A DNA stretch of 64,000 nucleotides from an uncultured delta proteobacterium (GTDB lineage: Bacteria > Myxococcota_A > UBA9160 > SMWR01), in the NCBI GenBank assembly GCA_963832165.1, contig CAWHTE010000011.1, positions 800,001 to 864,000 of the forward strand. The letters are read 5' to 3'. The notes beneath the pieces were generated by a model. The model was given only the letters and a program-made list of their open reading frames with translations, was not told the DNA's origin and searched no databases. The position numbers and the translations under genes were made by a program. Shown in pieces: positions 60,606 to 64,000 of this stretch. Positions within the stretch are counted from its first letter, which is position 1; each line of letters starts with the position of its first letter.

Positions 60606-61884
60606 TCAGCTCTCGGCGACGGCGCGCCAGCGCGCGATCTGGTGGTGCAGCCAGCCACCCTCCCAGAAGTTCACGTCGCCGCCTGCGGCGAGCAGCGCCT
60701 CGTGCGCATCGACGAGCAGCTGCGCGGCCTCGCGGCTCGCGGGCTCGGCCGCGGCGACCGCCTCGGCGAGGCGTAGTGCGCGCAGAGGATCGCGCGCGGC
60801 GAGCCGGCCGCGCGCGCGGTCGAGCACGGCCTTCGCGCCCGCGAGCTCGACGAGATCCGCGAGCGCTGCGTCGGGCCCATCGGCGTAGAGCTCGCTCGTC
60901 GCGCGGCGCTGGAACCATCCGGTGTAGGCCTCGAAGATCGTGCGCACGGCCCAGCTCACCTTCCCATAGCCCTGACCCACGCGCAGGTGCGCCGGCAGCT
61001 GCACCTCGCGCATGATCGCGTACACGTCCTGACCCTTGTTGATGCGCGCGACCGTCTCGCCGTGCACGAACTCCACGGCATCGTGCAGCCGCGCGATCGA
61101 TGCGTCGATCAACTCGGCGCCCTCGATCGGGAGATGGCGGCCCGTGATGAGCAGGCGCGGTGCGAGCTCGCGCACGCGCCGCGCGTTGGCGAGATAGGGC
61201 TCGGCAAACCGGTACTTGTCGCCGCGCAGCGTGTTGAAGTTGGGGAAGTGCGGGAAGAGCGGGCCGAACAGGTTGCCCACGAACGCGATCCGGTGCTGCG
61301 GCAGCCACACGATGCAGCTGTCGACGGTCTCGCCGCCGGGCGCTGCGTAGAGCTCGACCTCGAGCTCGCCCACGCGCAGCGCGAGCCGCGACTCGAACGT
61401 CAGATCGGGCACCGGGCGGTCCTGACCGAGCGCCGCGCCCGGATATTTGCGCGCGAACGAGCCGATCAGGCCAGCGAGCTGACCGAACCAGAGCAGCGCG
61501 GTGCCGGTCCGGAACTGCGCGATGCGCGCATCGTCGGCCTGGCAGGCGGGGTTCATCGCCTGCGCCACGTAGCGGGTGCCCGGCTCGCGAAACCGCGCGA
61601 CGCCGCCCACGTGGTCGACGTGGCCCTGTGTCGTGATCACGTAGGGCGTCGGCCCGGGGCAGATCGCGTCGAACAGGTGCTTGTGGTGCGGCGCCTCCCA
61701 ACCCATCCCGGTATTCACGATCACGCGGCCCGCGCTCGTCACGAGCATGTAGGCTCGCACTGGTACCGCCCGAGCGGTAGATGAAGTCGCGAATCGGAAA
61801 CGCGCGCTCGTCGTGCACGAAGGTCAGAAGCTCCGCGCCCGGCCGCGTGTCGATCAGCTGGTCCACCTCGTCCTGGATGCTCAT
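60606..61884 (-). CDS. MBL-fold alkyl-sulfatase-like hydrolase; +1 frameshift near 61752-61755
   Basis: MSIQDE...YRSGGTSA continues in another frame as YMLVT; TQGHVDHVGG, GGET.D, FPNFNTLRGD, GYGKVSW, YTGWF; ATGA overlap with sulfotransferase stop. Confidence 0.8.
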
Positions 61885-63140
61885 GAGACCTCCACCTTGA
61901 CCGGGAAGCGCTCGAAGTAGAACCCGAACGTCTCGCGTACCGCGGCCGGATCGGCGCCGAAATCGCGGCGCAGGTCGTAGACGACCTGGCCCTCCTTCCC
62001 GCGCGGATGATCGCGCAGGTATGCGGCGATCTCGCCGCGCGCGGCGTCGGTCATCGCGAGTCCGGCCACCTCGTAGATGCGCTCGACCGTCGCGAGATCG
62101 TCCGCCATGAACTCGTGGAACAGCACGTCGATCGTGCGCTGCGCGGGCAGCAGTGTGCGATCGCGCACCGACGCCTCGAGCAGGCGCCGGATCCGGTCCG
62201 TCCAGTACGCGAGGTACCACTCGGGGTCCGGCGTGCGGTAGTTCATGCGCGCACCGTAGGCGAGCATCGTCGCAGCGGATTGCACCACCGATACCGGGTC
62301 GCGATGGGTGACGACGATCGTCGCGTCGGGGAACGTCGCGAGCAGCGGCCCGAGCTGCTCGAGGTGCTGCGGCGACTTCAGCACCCAGCGCTCGCGCGGC
62401 TGCCGCCACTGGAGGATCTGCAACACGCTCTTCAAGTAGGCGTAGTGCGGTGTCTGGTCGTGGGAGAGGTAGTAGTCGCGCCAGCGCGGCGCGCGCGCGA
62501 TCCACTCCTGGTTGTAGCTCGAGAAGTCGGGCAGCATGAGCTCGAGCTCCTCGTGGATGTGATCGGGACTCATCGGATGCATCGCCGCGAGCAGCGGCAC
62601 GTTCGCGCGCATCATCTCCCAGCCGCGCGCGGACCGCGCATAGCGCGGATCCGCCCCATCGGGTCCCGGCTGCTCGCGCGGATCGGGCACGGGCTCCTGG
62701 CTCTCCCAGAGAGGTAGCGAGCGCAGCCGGGAGTCCGCGGCGATCAGGTTCACGAGATGAGTGGTGCCGGAGCGCGGCAGCCCCACGACGATGATCGGGC
62801 GCCGGATCTCGACGCGCTCGATCTCGGGATGCTCCTTGCGCAGCGCGCGGATCCACAGCCGGTTCGCCGCGCAGCGCACGCAGTCGTTCCAGAGCGACGC
62901 GCGGCCGAGACCCGTGCGCTGGGAGTCCTCGTCCATCTCGGAGAGCCACAGCGCGAGCCGCTCGTGGAAATCGTCGGGGCCGAAGTCGTCGAGCCCCGTG
63001 CGGAGGACCGCCGCTTCGAGCACCGATTCGAGGGAGAGCGAGACGGGTGTGCGCTCGCCGAACTGGAGCGCCGCGCGCTGTGCGGGCGTGAGCGCGGGCT
63101 CGCGCAGATCGTCGATGCGGATCTGCTGCGCTCGACTCAT
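61881..63140 (-). CDS. Sulfotransferase family protein
   Basis: TGLDDFG, GLPRSGTT (5'-PSB), WVLKSPQH, THRDP..VVQS (3'-PB). Confidence 0.92.
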   Translation of the reverse strand: MSRAQQIRIDDLREPALTPAQRAALQFGERTPVSLSLESVLEAAVLRTGLDDFGPDDFHERLALWLSEMDEDSQRTGLGRASLWNDCVRCAANRLWIRALRKEHPEIERVEIRRPIIVVGLPRSGTTHLVNLIAADSRLRSLPLWESQEPVPDPREQPGPDGADPRYARSARGWEMMRANVPLLAAMHPMSPDHIHEELELMLPDFSSYNQEWIARAPRWRDYYLSHDQTPHYAYLKSVLQILQWRQPRERWVLKSPQHLEQLGPLLATFPDATIVVTHRDPVSVVQSAATMLAYGARMNYRTPDPEWYLAYWTDRIRRLLEASVRDRTLLPAQRTIDVLFHEFMADDLATVERIYEVAGLAMTDAARGEIAAYLRDHPRGKEGQVVYDLRRDFGADPAAVRETFGFYFERFPVKVEVS

Positions 63141-64000
63141 AGGTAGGGATGGACCTCGCGCTCGAACAGATCGAGCATCCGCCGCGCGAACGCAGGCTCG
63201 ATTCCCGCGAGCAGCGGATTGAGATAGAGCACGCTGTTCGCGCCGAGCTGCTCGGCGAGCGCGAGCGCCTGATCCGGTGTGAGCACGCGATAGGCGGGAC
63301 TCTCGCGCACGGTCTCGGGCGTCATCTGCTTTGCGTAGGGGCCGGACGGGCGTCCGTAGGCCTCGATCGTCCACTCGCTGTAGGAGCGCAGCTGGTGGAG
63401 CACGTGCGGCATCACGCGATCCCAGTCCTTCTCGGGCTCCTTCGAGATCCAGAGGAAGATCGGACCCTGGTTCGGATACTCGCCGGGGTCGGGCTTGCCG
63501 AGCTTCAGGCACTCCTCGCGATAGGGCGGCCACAGCTTCGGCTCGAGCGGGGGGAACCAGCCGTCGGCGATCCGCGCAGCGCGGCGCGCGGCCGCAGGCG
63601 TTCCGCCGCCGAGCAGGATCGGCGGCGCCGGATCGGGCCGCGGCGTCACCCAGCAGCGCCGGCCCTGCCACTCGAACGGCTCGCCGGTCCACGCGCGCCG
63701 CAACAGCTCGATCGTCTCACCGACGATGCGCCAGCGATCTTCGAGCTTGCGGCCGAACGTCTCGAACTCGCTCGGGCGATAGCCGCCGCCGATGCCCAGC
63801 AGCAGGCGCCCGTTCGTCGCGAGCTGCGTCACCGCCGCGTCTTCGGCGAGCTTGATCGGGTCGTACAGCGGCGCGAGCACGACCGACGTGCGGAGCCGGA
63901 TCCGCTGGGTGCGCGCGCCCATCGCGGCAGCGAGGATCAGCGGTGACGGGTTGTAGCCGTCGGGAGAGCCGTGATGTTCGCCGAGCCCGACGCTGTCGAA
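63137..64000 (-). CDS. LLM-class flavin-dependent oxidoreductase; 5' end outside window
   Basis: GEHHGSPDGYNPSP, PIKLAED, GRLLLGIGGGYR, RAARIADG; frame open to window end. Confidence 0.88.
   Translation of the reverse strand, partial: FDSVGLGEHHGSPDGYNPSPLILAAAMGARTQRIRLRTSVVLAPLYDPIKLAEDAAVTQLATNGRLLLGIGGGYRPSEFETFGRKLEDRWRIVGETIELLRRAWTGEPFEWQGRRCWVTPRPDPAPPILLGGGTPAAARRAARIADGWFPPLEPKLWPPYREECLKLGKPDPGEYPNQGPIFLWISKEPEKDWDRVMPHVLHQLRSYSEWTIEAYGRPSGPYAKQMTPETVRESPAYRVLTPDQALALAEQLGANSVLYLNPLLAGIEPAFARRMLDLFEREVHPYL

Noticed and set aside
49201..61760. Programmed ribosomal frameshifting at the four indel sites
   Set aside because: No slippery heptamers; all four are single-base insertions, consistent with consensus errors.

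Overview
High-GC bacterial chromosome segment with about 55 genes. I found no rRNA, tRNA, CRISPR array or transposase. PEP-CTERM tails, lipoproteins and LpoB point to a diderm, possibly Myxococcota/deltaproteobacteria-like; this taxon is an inference. Most genes are lipid, aromatic or redox catabolic enzymes (LLM oxidoreductases, acyl-CoA dehydrogenases, WS/DGAT, GMC, VOC, hydrolases) and transporters (2 MATE, 1 MFS). Most notable: (1) a lipoprotein GSDH/HHIP-type beta-propeller that is cleanly circularly permuted between two cysteines; (2) a large alkaline-phosphatase-superfamily exoprotein with one complete domain nested inside a second, permuted domain, whose correct middle frame is hidden by three +1 indels; (3) four PEP-CTERM-type surface proteins, including two FG-GAP propeller proteins (15 repeats as 3x5, and 14 repeats), near a TMTC-like glycosyltransferase; (4) a copper-radical oxidase paired with a cupredoxin-like protein; (5) a bacterial indoleamine 2,3-dioxygenase followed by two related long hairpin elements; (6) a structured leader with a short Arg-rich uORF upstream of a MATE pump; (7) two small ORFs and several promoter/operator motifs. 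All family calls come from motif recognition, not database searches.
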